Below are positions 35,171-43,946 of a DNA stretch of 64,000 nt, one piece after another. A program made the position numbers and the translations under genes. Numbering within the stretch: the stretch's first letter is position 1; each line of letters opens with the position of its first letter. Under the pieces are notes generated by a model, which ran no database searches, was not told where the DNA came from, and saw nothing but the letters and a program-made list of their open reading frames with translations. Source of the stretch: a virus; IMG/VR virus record IMGVR_UViG_3300036857_000619, positions 60,824 to 124,823 of that record; one strand, written 5' to 3'.

Positions 35171-36153
35171 CCGCTGCCGAAGAGGTTTGAGATCGCTTTC
35201 GCGCAGAAGTGGACGATGCCGTCCAGTTGGCCGTCGGAGAGATAGTCGAGCATGGCGTAGCTGAAGAAGCCCAGCAGCAGGACCGTCGCATACCTGGCCG
35301 CCGTCCGGACGCTCATCGCGTCCCCAAGTACCGTGCGCGTGGCGCGGACCGTGAAGCACCCGCCCAGATCGGGCGACCACTGCAGCCGGCTGCGCAATTC
35401 CAGCCGCTCCTCGTCCTTCGCGATCCAGTGTTCGTTAAACTCAAGGATCTCGCTGCTGCGTTCCATGGCCACCCGCGTGCACTGCGCGACCTCGTCCGGG
35501 CGCGCCTGGCTGCTCGGCGGTTCGCCAGGGTGGAGCATCGTCTCGTAGTAAGAGCCCACCAGCTCCGTGCGGGTGTACTTGAGCGCGGTGCAGGCCGCGT
35601 CATTGGCGGCGAGGATCAACCCGCCGCCGCCGCCGGTGCCGGTCTTGATGACGATCACCAGCATCTCGTCGGCACTCGCGATGAGCGGGGCATCGCGCGG
35701 AGTCAAGCGGAAGCGCAGGCGGCCAGGGCTGTCGCGCACCACGTCCACGCGCGCCTGCTGTTGCGAACCATCGCCGCGGAACAGGTTCGTCTCCCAGGAA
35801 GCGTCGTCGCGGAGTCCCCGCTCCAGCGGGCCCAGCAGGTGACGCTCGAGGGGACCGGTGTCGGGCGCCGGCCCGATCCGGTGGGCCAGGGCCAGGGCCA
35901 GCGTGCGGTTGACCAGCTGCGTGTCGTCGGCGTAGCCGAAGGTTTGCAGGAAGTTGTCGAAGACCTCGACGATGATGCGCTGCGGCCCTTCGGTGATGAG
36001 TTCGCCGAAGCGCTTGCCAGGATCGAGCAACAGGTCGAGCTGCTCGCGGGTCTCGTCAATCAGTTTCAGGCACGCTTGGAGCTCACCGTCGGTGAATCCG
36101 TCGCGCGCGGAGTCCTCTCCGCGCTGGGATTGTGGCGTAGGTGTCACTGTCAC
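35167..36153 (-). CDS. Hypothetical protein with C-terminal membrane anchor, 328 aa
   Basis: Long ORF convergent on the modification operon; hydrophobic YATVLLLGFFSYAML; family not recognised. Confidence 0.65.
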   Translation of the reverse strand: MTVTPTPQSQRGEDSARDGFTDGELQACLKLIDETREQLDLLLDPGKRFGELITEGPQRIIVEVFDNFLQTFGYADDTQLVNRTLALALAHRIGPAPDTGPLERHLLGPLERGLRDDASWETNLFRGDGSQQQARVDVVRDSPGRLRFRLTPRDAPLIASADEMLVIVIKTGTGGGGGLILAANDAACTALKYTRTELVGSYYETMLHPGEPPSSQARPDEVAQCTRVAMERSSEILEFNEHWIAKDEERLELRSRLQWSPDLGGCFTVRATRTVLGDAMSVRTAARYATVLLLGFFSYAMLDYLSDGQLDGIVHFCAKAISNLFGSG

Positions 36154-36378
36154 CTGAGTGCATGCAGCCTCCCCTCAAGTGCGGAGTACCAACTCACACG
36201 GTACATGCCTCCAGAGTTGGCAATTCCCTAACCCCTGCTCAGACCATACCATCGGGGTTGGCACGCAATCACGCGATACTGGCAGGAGGTGGTGACGCAC
36301 TCGTGAGACACTCAGCCGCAGAACGCTTGCGCAGTCGGATGCCAGGCCACGGCACTGGGACGCTAGGCTGATGAGTGC

Positions 36379-36816
36379 GTGGACGCCGGCGGCGGCAGGA
36401 CCGACCTCTATGGGCTCCTTCGCCGTGAACTCACCGAACGCGGCTGGACGCGCCGGCGCTTCGCCCGCGAGCTGGGGCTGCGCGAGTCGACCGTCGGCCG
36501 CTGGTTGTCGACCAATCCGCACGCGCGGGTGGTGCCCCGTCCGGCCACGATCGCGCGCATCGCGCGCGTGCTGGATTTCACGCCCGCGGAGCTGCTGAGC
36601 GCAGCCGGCTACCTGGACCCACCAGCAACGTTGGCCTTCCAACCCGAAGAGCCCCTGGCCGACGAATTCCGCGCTCGGGCGCGGCGCTTCCGCAGGGTGC
36701 TGCGCATGGTTCCAAGCCACCAGCAGGGACTGGCGCTCCAGATCATCGACGTCATGCTGGACGCGCTGCAGGCGTTCGTGAACCGGCTTGACGACGAGGA
36801 GGACGACGCCGAGTAG
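36379..36816 (+). CDS. XRE-family HTH regulator, 145 aa
   Basis: LRRELTERGWTRRRFARELGLRESTVGRWL...P....IARIARVLD.TPAELL.AAGYL. Confidence 0.82.
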   Translation: MDAGGGRTDLYGLLRRELTERGWTRRRFARELGLRESTVGRWLSTNPHARVVPRPATIARIARVLDFTPAELLSAAGYLDPPATLAFQPEEPLADEFRARARRFRRVLRMVPSHQQGLALQIIDVMLDALQAFVNRLDDEEDDAE

Positions 36817-36921
36817 CGCAGGCACGCGTCACCGCGGACGCACACGTGCATTTTTCAGATGTGCCCGCGCCGGCCCCGCGCGTGCGGCCATCAACTGCCT
36901 CACGGCACACTCGGCCAGAGC

Positions 36922-37572
36922 ATGGCGGCCAACACCCGCACCCCGCTGCAACGCGAGAAAGACTTCGCCCGCACCGAGGAGCTGCACCTGCGGGGGTACA
37001 CCGCACCCGAGATCGCCAGCGAAATGGGCGTCTCGCCCGAGCAGATTCGCCAGGACCTGAAAAAGATCGCCCAGCAGTACGCCCAGAGCACGCTGCGCAA
37101 CTACGACGTCGATCTGAACCAGCAATTGCGAAAGCTCGACCTGCTCGAGCGCTCGGCGTGGCGCTTCCTGGGCCAATCCGAACAGGATCGCGAGATCACC
37201 GTGCGGCGGCAACGCAGCCGCTCGGGCGAGGACGGCGAAACGACCGTACGCGAGGCCAGCACGCGCACCGAGCAGCGCGACCCCGACAGCCGCTACATGA
37301 CCGTCATTCAGTGGTGCATCGCCGAACGCAACCGCCTGCTGGGGCTGTACCCGGCCGACGAGGCGAAGCCGCAGACGCACGTGAATGTGACGGAGATCGT
37401 ATACGAGCTCGCGCCGCAGAAGCCGGCGCAGGGCATGACGATCATCGGCGCCAGCTCGCAGGCGTCGCTGGTCAACGGCCAGGTCGAGGCGCTCAGCCCT
37501 CCAGCGCAGGAGATCGAGCGCGTCGATCCCAACGAACTGTGGGGTGTCGAGCCCGAGTCCGTCGAGGACTGA
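36922..37572 (+). CDS. Terminase small subunit (216 aa)
   Basis: HTH (LRGYTAPEIASEMGVSPEQIRQDL), coiled coil, ..IAERNRLLGLY; directly upstream of TerL. Confidence 0.7.
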   Translation: MAANTRTPLQREKDFARTEELHLRGYTAPEIASEMGVSPEQIRQDLKKIAQQYAQSTLRNYDVDLNQQLRKLDLLERSAWRFLGQSEQDREITVRRQRSRSGEDGETTVREASTRTEQRDPDSRYMTVIQWCIAERNRLLGLYPADEAKPQTHVNVTEIVYELAPQKPAQGMTIIGASSQASLVNGQVEALSPPAQEIERVDPNELWGVEPESVED

Positions 37573-37578
37573 GGCCGC

Positions 37579-40044
37579 ATGGTCATTTCGGCGAGCCAGC
37601 GCCGGCAGATCGAGCGCACCGCGGCCAACCTGGGAGCCGAACTGCTGAACGGCCCTCCCCTTGCGCCGACGCCACCGCCCAGGCAACTGCTGCCAGCGCC
37701 GCGAGTACCGCGCGGCGGCGCGCGGCAGGAAGGCCCGTGGATGCTCGAACGGAGCCCGGACGGCAGCGCACGCGTGCGCGCCAATCTGCACCCCGGCCAG
37801 AGCGCGGCGATGGCCAGCCGCGCCCGCACGATCGCCATGATCGCCGGGTCGCAGAGCGGCAAGACCTCGAGCGGGCCGCTGTGGCTGGAGCGCGAGATCC
37901 GCCTGCAGGGGCCGGGCGACTACCTGGCCGTGACGGCGACCTTCCCACTGCTGAAGCGCAAGATGCTGCCGGAGTTCCTGCGGTTGTTCCAGGGCACGCT
38001 CAATCTGGGCACGTGGATGGCCGCGGACAAGATGTTCGTCTTCCACGACAACCAGACCCGCGTGCTCTTTGGATCGGCGACCAATCCCGAGTCGCTCGAG
38101 TCGGCGACGGCCAAAGCCGCCTGGCTCGACGAGGCCGGCCAGGCGCAGTTTCGGCTCGAGTCGTACGAGGCCATCGACCGCCGCCTGGCGCTGTACGAAG
38201 GACGTCGGTTCATTTCGACGACGCCGTACAACCAGGGGCCTCTTTTCACCACCGTCTACAAGCCCGCGGTCGACGGCGACCCGGACATCTGCGTCATCCA
38301 GTTCGCGTCCTCGCTGAACCCGTCGTTTCCGATCGAGGAGATGGAGCGCCAGCGCGACAAACTGCCGCTCTGGAAGTACCGCATGTTCTTCGAGGGCCGC
38401 TTCGACAAGCCGCCGGGCCTGATCTACTCGGACTACGAGGACAGCTACCGCGAGCAGGGCGGGCACCTGATCAAGGCGCGCACGATGCCCATCCCGGCGT
38501 GGTGGCCGCGCTACATCGGCCTGGACTTCGGCGGCGTGCACCTGGCGCGCATCTTCATCGCCCAGGACCCGCTGACCAACACGTTCTACGTGTACGACGA
38601 GCAGCTCTCGGGCGGGCGGACCGCCTCGCAGCACGCCCAGGACATCCTCCAGCAGCTGGGTGGCGCGCCGCTGTACCGCTCGTGGGGCGGCGCCAAGAGC
38701 GAGGACAGCTGGCGGCTGGAGTTCACCGCGGCCGGGCTGGTGGTCGAACCGCCGCCGGTCTCCGACGTGGAGGTCGGCATCGACCGCGCGATCGAGCTGT
38801 TCAAGGCTCGAAGGCTGTTCGTCTTCGACACGTGCGTGGGCTTGCGCTCGGAGCTGGGCACGTACTCGCGCAAGGCCGGCCCGGACGGCGAGCCGCTCGA
38901 GGACATCCAGGACAAGGCCGCCTATCACCGCTGCGTGACGGCCGGAACGCTCATCGAGACCCGCTCCGGACTACGACCGATCGAGCAGATCAGACCGGGC
39001 GAGCTGGTGCGGACGCGTCAGGGGTTCCGACGTGTGCTGGACAGTGCGCTGACGGAGCGACAGGCCAAGGTCCTGACACTCGAGCTGAGTGATGGCCGGA
39101 AATTGACAGCGACGCCTGAGCATCCCATCTGGGTGCGCAAGCGTGGTTGGGTAAGAATGGACGCACTGCGATACGCTATGGCGGTCGAATGCAGCCCTTC
39201 ACGCCCCCAGCCCGCGAATACAAGTCCGAGGTGGTCGTCTTCCAGGGCATCACCTACCGGCGCTACCCGGAAGCGGAAGATGAGCATCGCCGCAACTACT
39301 TCCACGCCAGTGAAAACACCGGCGGCCGCCCGCGGTATCTCCACATCGCCATCTGGCAAGACGCGACCGGACAGAAGCTCCCTAAAGGCTGGGTGGTTCA
39401 TCACGACGACCACAACCCACTCAACAACGACCCCTCGAATCTCAAACCGATGTCGCAAGCCGAGCACAACCAGCACCACTTCCGCGGGCCGGGGGCAAGT
39501 CCCGCGAGGCTGGCGCATCTGGAGCGAGTTCGTGCGCAGGCCGTGGAGTGGCACAGCTCAGAGGCTGGTCTGGCGTGGCACGCCAAACATGCTCGAGAAG
39601 CTTGGGCGAAGCGTCAGACAGCCAAGCGCAGCTGTGAGCAGTGCGGCACGAGCTTCGAGTCGATCACGCGGCGCGCGAGCGATCGCTTCTGTTGCAACTC
39701 GTGCAAGTCGAGTTGGCGGCGGGCCAGCGGCGTCGACAACGAGACGCGCACGTGTGCCTGGTGCGGACAATCCTTCGAGACGAACCGGTACTCACGCATT
39801 CGCCATTGCTCGCGCAGTTGTTCGAGCAAGGCCAGGATGTCTGGTCGTCCGAGTAGTCCGCGAGACCGAGCCACGGGACGTTTTCAATCTGACGGTTGAA
39901 GGCGAGCACGAATACTTCGCGAACGGCATCCTCGTCTCGAACTGCGACGCGCTCCGGTATCTGTGCTCGGGCTTGAGCGGGCCGCAGCAGCCGCTGCCGG
40001 TGCTGGCCATGGGCCGCGCGCGGGGCTGGCAACCGCGCTATTGA
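37579..40044 (+). CDS. terL: Terminase large subunit with intein (821 aa precursor, 484 aa spliced)
   Basis: Walker A AGSQSGKT, Walker B WLDEAGQ, motif III FISTTP, nuclease IGLDFG; YHR|C-DALRY is reconstituted after splicing. Confidence 0.92.
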   Translation: MVISASQRRQIERTAANLGAELLNGPPLAPTPPPRQLLPAPRVPRGGARQEGPWMLERSPDGSARVRANLHPGQSAAMASRARTIAMIAGSQSGKTSSGPLWLEREIRLQGPGDYLAVTATFPLLKRKMLPEFLRLFQGTLNLGTWMAADKMFVFHDNQTRVLFGSATNPESLESATAKAAWLDEAGQAQFRLESYEAIDRRLALYEGRRFISTTPYNQGPLFTTVYKPAVDGDPDICVIQFASSLNPSFPIEEMERQRDKLPLWKYRMFFEGRFDKPPGLIYSDYEDSYREQGGHLIKARTMPIPAWWPRYIGLDFGGVHLARIFIAQDPLTNTFYVYDEQLSGGRTASQHAQDILQQLGGAPLYRSWGGAKSEDSWRLEFTAAGLVVEPPPVSDVEVGIDRAIELFKARRLFVFDTCVGLRSELGTYSRKAGPDGEPLEDIQDKAAYHRCVTAGTLIETRSGLRPIEQIRPGELVRTRQGFRRVLDSALTERQAKVLTLELSDGRKLTATPEHPIWVRKRGWVRMDALRYAMAVECSPSRPQPANTSPRWSSSRASPTGATRKRKMSIAATTSTPVKTPAAARGISTSPSGKTRPDRSSLKAGWFITTTTTHSTTTPRISNRCRKPSTTSTTSAGRGQVPRGWRIWSEFVRRPWSGTAQRLVWRGTPNMLEKLGRSVRQPSAAVSSAARASSRSRGARAIASVATRASRVGGGPAASTTRRARVPGADNPSRRTGTHAFAIARAVVRARPGCLVVRVVRETEPRDVFNLTVEGEHEYFANGILVSNCDALRYLCSGLSGPQQPLPVLAMGRARGWQPRY
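38932..39942 (+). mobile_element. Intein (337 aa, precursor residues 452-788)
   Basis: Block A CVTAGTLI, block B TATPEHPIW, block F DVFNLTV..EHEYFANG, terminal Ser-Asn, +1 Cys. Confidence 0.92.
39189..39899 (+). CDS. HNH homing endonuclease with C-terminal zinc fingers (236 aa), nested out of frame in the intein
   Basis: LH..IW...G..LPKGWVVHHDDHNPLNNDPSNL..MS..EH; CEQC..RFCCNSC and CAWC..HCSRSC; -1 frame relative to TerL. Confidence 0.88.
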   Translation: MQPFTPPAREYKSEVVVFQGITYRRYPEAEDEHRRNYFHASENTGGRPRYLHIAIWQDATGQKLPKGWVVHHDDHNPLNNDPSNLKPMSQAEHNQHHFRGPGASPARLAHLERVRAQAVEWHSSEAGLAWHAKHAREAWAKRQTAKRSCEQCGTSFESITRRASDRFCCNSCKSSWRRASGVDNETRTCAWCGQSFETNRYSRIRHCSRSCSSKARMSGRPSSPRDRATGRFQSDG

Positions 40045-40194
40045 GCACGAACTCCCGCACTTTTGCGTGCTACAGTGAGCCGCACTGCAGCTTTGGCTCA
40101 GGGGTCGGCAACGGCCGCGGGGTCCAAGGGTGTGGTGGGGTGTTCGAGGGGCATTCGGCGCAATCCGGGTGCCCCTCGACGTGTGTTCAGCGGT

Positions 40195-40395
40195 TTAGTT
40201 GGCCTCCAGCAGCGGCATCGTCGCCTCGCAGCGCGTGCAGACCAGCAGACGGCGCTCGATCTCCTCGGGAGTCGCCTGCCAGCGGTGCATGCCGTAGCGC
40301 TCGCAGTCCCAGTGGCAGTGGCAATCGCAGCCGTCGGGCTGACGGATGTTGTGGCTGCACGCCGCGCACAGCACGTCGTAGCGCCTGATCTCCAT
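40195..40395 (-). CDS. Cys-rich small protein (66 aa)
   Basis: CAAC, CDCHCHWDC, CTRC. Confidence 0.45.
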   Translation of the reverse strand: MEIRRYDVLCAACSHNIRQPDGCDCHCHWDCERYGMHRWQATPEEIERRLLVCTRCEATMPLLEAN

Positions 40396-40397
40396 GG

Positions 40398-40700
40398 CTA
40401 CGGCATCGGCCGCCAGGGCCCGACGCGCCAGGACTCGATCTGGCTCAGACTGACCGGCTGCTCGTGGTGCTCCCAGCTGCAATACTGGCACTCGCGCCAC
40501 AGGATCCAGCCCAGCCGCTTCCATCTCGGATTGGACTGAGCCTGGATGCCGCCGTCGTCGAAGTCCTCGCGGTAGGCCATGACGGCTGGGACGTCCTTGC
40601 CCTGCCGGCCGCAGCGTGGGCACACGAGCGGGCGCGATCCCGTGGCCTGCCACCACTGCCCGTCAGTCTGCGGCGAGCCATGCATCGTCGTGCTTTGCAT
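40398..40700 (-). CDS. Zinc-ribbon protein (100 aa)
   Basis: CPRCG...WRECQYC. Confidence 0.55.
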   Translation of the reverse strand: MQSTTMHGSPQTDGQWWQATGSRPLVCPRCGRQGKDVPAVMAYREDFDDGGIQAQSNPRWKRLGWILWRECQYCSWEHHEQPVSLSQIESWRVGPWRPMP

Positions 40701-40790
40701 CCCAGAATGCTAGCGTTTCGGCGGCCTGTATCGGGTCTGTAATGCCAAGCGGCCCGGACCGGGCAGCACTGACCGGCAGACTGACAGGAC

Positions 40791-41210
40791 ATGACACCCA
40801 CCCCACCCGAGACTGCCGAGATCGGCGAATGGGTCAGCGTCAAGGACGCGGCCGCGCGCCTGCACATCACCGAGCGGTCGGTCTTCCGCCGGCTGGAGAA
40901 GGGCGTGCTCAAAAAGCGCGCCAACCCGGACGGCAGCATCATGGTCCTGCTGACAGGTCAGGACGCCGTCATCGCCGAGGACATGACCGAGTCTGAGCCC
41001 GCATCTCAGCCAGGACCCGAGCCGCAGGTGGCTCTGGCGCTCGGCGTCATGCACAGCCTGCAGACGTTCGGGCTAACCCGCGAGCGCGAGCTGGCCGAAC
41101 GCGACGAGCGCATCGCCTCGATGGCCGAGGAGATCGGCCGTTTGAGGGAGCAGCTGGCGTGGCTGCGGCGGCCGTTGTGGAAGCGGCTGACCGGCCAGCT
41201 GCCGTCATGA
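40791..41210 (+). CDS. MerR/excisionase-like HTH plus coiled-coil protein, 139 aa
   Basis: WVSVKDAAARLHITERSVFRRLEKG; C-terminal ELAERDERIASMAEEIGRLREQL...RRPLWKRL. Confidence 0.75.
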   Translation: MTPTPPETAEIGEWVSVKDAAARLHITERSVFRRLEKGVLKKRANPDGSIMVLLTGQDAVIAEDMTESEPASQPGPEPQVALALGVMHSLQTFGLTRERELAERDERIASMAEEIGRLREQLAWLRRPLWKRLTGQLPS

Positions 41211-41378
41211 CCTGAGAGAACCGAGCGCGCCGGCGGACTCGGGGGAGGCTGGCGACCCGCGCACGCAGCGCCGGTCCCTGGAGGCGGAGACGCGGCGCCC
41301 CGCACCGCACGCGAGCTGGGAGTCGAGCCCGCCGACGCGCCCTCAATATAAGGGGCGGCACCGCCACAACTGCCGGCC

Positions 41379-41591
41379 TCAGCCCGAGCACTCCGGACAG
41401 CTCGGCTCGAACTCGTCGGCCGGCCACAGCCACTCCCAGCCCAGGCCCAGGAAATACTCGCCGTAGTGATCGTCGCAGCACGGCGTGGTGTGGCCGCAAT
41501 CCTCGAACTCGACGCTCCACACGCCCTCGCGCACGCACCACGCGCACGCGACGAGCGCGGAGAGCTGGGTCGTATCGTGGCTGTCAAGCAC
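41379..41591 (-). CDS. Zinc-ribbon protein (70 aa)
   Basis: CAWC, CGH.TPCC, CPEC; overlaps the upstream gene end. Confidence 0.5.
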   Translation of the reverse strand: MLDSHDTTQLSALVACAWCVREGVWSVEFEDCGHTTPCCDDHYGEYFLGLGWEWLWPADEFEPSCPECSG

Positions 41592-43506
41592 TGGCGGGCT
41601 CGGTGGCCTGCTTGGCGACTACCAGCTTGACCATCTCGAGCCACTCGGGCTTGAGCGCTTCGGCCTCGATGACATCGCAGGCGCCAGTGGTCAGCTTGGC
41701 CAGGCTGGTTGTGTCGATCAGCGCCTGCAGCAGCCCGCGACTGGCGAGCGAGTCGTTGGCGGTCGCCTGCTGGATGAGCATGCCGACGGCCTTGCGGCGG
41801 TCGTACTCGGCGACGTCCTTGTGGACGCTCGAGCTGATCCGCTGGCGCATCTCGGTCAGCCAGCGATCGAGTAGCTTCTGCTGCTCGTCCTGGCGGGCCA
41901 GATCCTCGCAACGCTCGGTACACGCCTCGCGATCGGCGCACACCAGCTGGCTGTCCTCGTCGTCCTGGTTGGCCATCACCAGTTTGGTCACCACGCCACA
42001 CAGCTCGCACTCGCCGACGTCGGGATCGAGCCCATCGGCCTCGTCGCGGGCGGCCGCCTCGGCCCAGCCGCCTTCACCCATGTCGCCGGGGTCGATCTCC
42101 TCGTCGTCGTCGGCTGTCTGCGGCCGCGAGCGGCGGGTCGCGGCGTCGATGCTGGCCTGGTCGTTGGTGTCGTCGCCGAAGATCTCGGTGTAGCGCTGGG
42201 CACGCGACGCGTCGGCTGGCTGGGCAGTGCCGTTGGCCTCTCGGGCCAGCGTGTCGGTGACCGCGGCGAGCATGCGCTCGGCGTCGGCGTTGGTCACGCC
42301 CTTGAGCCACGCGGCCAGGCTGTTGGTCTCGTTGTCGGTGTACGCGAGCATCCACTCGGCGCGACCGGCCTTGTCGGCATAGCGCGAGCCGCCGACGGCG
42401 CCGAACCAGGCGCGCCGCCAGTAGTCGTAGTCGGCCGGCGCATCGCCAGCCATCAGCCGCGCGATGTCCGCGTCGTCGGGCTCGAATTCCTCGGGCCCTT
42501 CGACGGCCGCCGTTTCCCATGTCTCGGCGCGCGGCGCCATGAGCGCCTTGCCGTTGGGGTCGGGCACGTGCAGCGCCTTGCCCTCGGCGAGCGCCTGCTG
42601 GACCAGCGGCGCGAAGTTGCGCGTGTCCAGGACGATGCCGTGCGGCGGCTTCATGGCCAGCGACCACGTCGGGATGTTGCGCTTCATGCCGAACGGGTCC
42701 GACACCTCGCGATATGTCAGCTGCAGCTCCATCGGCACGCCGGCCAGACGGCCGCCGGTGAAGCGGCTGAGGTAGCGCAAGGTGCCCAGGATGTTTCGCA
42801 AACTGTGGCGTGAGGTCGTGCGCAGCCGATAGAACCCGAGTCCGTCGGGCATCAGCACGCGCGGCTTGTTGTCCTGGTCCCAATCGGCGAGCACGAAGTA
42901 CAGACTGGCGGACACCTTGCAGTCGGCGACGAGCTCGTCGTAGCGCGGCGTGCCAGCCTCATGGACCAGATGCTGGGCGGTCTGGCCGCGGGTGACGATC
43001 TCCATCAGGCGGAACTGATCGCCGTAGACCTTCAGCGCGGTGGCCGTGTAGCACACGAAGCGCTGCTGCAGGAACAGATCGGGATCGTCGAAGCCGACGG
43101 CGATGGTCAGCCGCTTGTTGTTGGTCTCGGCCAGCGCGGCCTTGAGACCGGGCGCGCGGTTGTCGGCGTCGTGGAGCATGATCGTGCCGTCGCGCGAGAC
43201 GCGCGGCGTGCCAGGGCGGCCGTCTTTGTCGGGGCCGCGATCGCCCGCGGAGATCGTGGCGAGCGCGTCGATCCGGGCGCCGCCGTCGCGCTCCTTAACG
43301 ACGCCTTTGGCGTAGACGTCGAGCAGCTGGAAGCGATCGATCGGGGCGAGTTCGACGAGATCGTCATCGTCATCGCGCACCACGGGCTGTAGTTGAGCTC
43401 CGCGCTGCGCTGGGGTGGTACTCACGGTGGTGTATTGCGCCTCCACTCCCTCATGGGAAAAGGGCCCTTGGCCGGGACCCGCGTCATGACGTGGGGATTG
43501 TCGCAT
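41584..43506 (-). CDS. Gp3-like recombination protein with long acidic C-terminal extension; start 43506 or GTG 43425
   Basis: GFYRLRTTSRHS...L....GRLAGVPMELQL...P.W.L recalls the Gp3-like/recombination directionality factor-like family; GGAGG upstream of 43425. Confidence 0.55.
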   Translation of the reverse strand: MRQSPRHDAGPGQGPFSHEGVEAQYTTVSTTPAQRGAQLQPVVRDDDDDLVELAPIDRFQLLDVYAKGVVKERDGGARIDALATISAGDRGPDKDGRPGTPRVSRDGTIMLHDADNRAPGLKAALAETNNKRLTIAVGFDDPDLFLQQRFVCYTATALKVYGDQFRLMEIVTRGQTAQHLVHEAGTPRYDELVADCKVSASLYFVLADWDQDNKPRVLMPDGLGFYRLRTTSRHSLRNILGTLRYLSRFTGGRLAGVPMELQLTYREVSDPFGMKRNIPTWSLAMKPPHGIVLDTRNFAPLVQQALAEGKALHVPDPNGKALMAPRAETWETAAVEGPEEFEPDDADIARLMAGDAPADYDYWRRAWFGAVGGSRYADKAGRAEWMLAYTDNETNSLAAWLKGVTNADAERMLAAVTDTLAREANGTAQPADASRAQRYTEIFGDDTNDQASIDAATRRSRPQTADDDEEIDPGDMGEGGWAEAAARDEADGLDPDVGECELCGVVTKLVMANQDDEDSQLVCADREACTERCEDLARQDEQQKLLDRWLTEMRQRISSSVHKDVAEYDRRKAVGMLIQQATANDSLASRGLLQALIDTTSLAKLTTGACDVIEAEALKPEWLEMVKLVVAKQATEPASA

Positions 43507-43509
43507 GAA

Positions 43510-43525
43510 TCGAACAAATGTGCGA
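43510..43525. promoter_or_regulatory. LexA-box-like site TCGAAC-AAAT-GTGCGA
   Basis: One mismatch to TCGAAC-N4-GTTCGA; adjacent to an extended -10 (TGCGACAAT) on the minus strand upstream of the Gp3-like gene. Confidence 0.5.
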
Positions 43526-43649
43526 TATCGGAAAGGATTTGTTCTCGGCGAAACCTACCTACACTGGCCGCAACCGCCGCAACACCCGAATCGCGACCAG
43601 GAGCACACCCACTGCTTGCGGTTGCACTTCCAGATCGCTATACGCATGA

Positions 43650-43931
43650 GTGGAAAACTATTTGGGTCCGGGCGTCACCTTCAGTTGGTGCCACGCCCAC
43701 GCGCAGCAGCTCTGGCCAATCTTTCACGCCGTGTCCAGCAATGGCCAGATCGAGTCTCAGTGGTGGCTGGATAACCCGGCGTTTGTAGCGCTGCACCCCT
43801 CGTTTGCGGCCAAGCACAAGGGCGGATCGCCCGTCGTGAGCAAGTGGGCGAAGAAGTTCAGCGGGCTGTCCAGGATCACGTGGGTTCGCTATTTGGGCTC
43901 CAACAACTCGCTCTGGCTGGTGCAGCAGTAG
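43650..43931 (+). CDS. Hypothetical protein (93 aa) in an AT-richer patch
   Basis: Trp-rich ORF, no clear RBS. Confidence 0.3.
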   Translation: MENYLGPGVTFSWCHAHAQQLWPIFHAVSSNGQIESQWWLDNPAFVALHPSFAAKHKGGSPVVSKWAKKFSGLSRITWVRYLGSNNSLWLVQQ

Positions 43932-43946
43932 CTCTAGCCGTCTAGC

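Noticed and set aside
36829-39092. 699-aa (-) and 748-aa (+) ORFs overlapping terminase
   Set aside because: Shadow frames without motifs, unlike the nested HNH at 39189 which has clear catalytic and zinc motifs.
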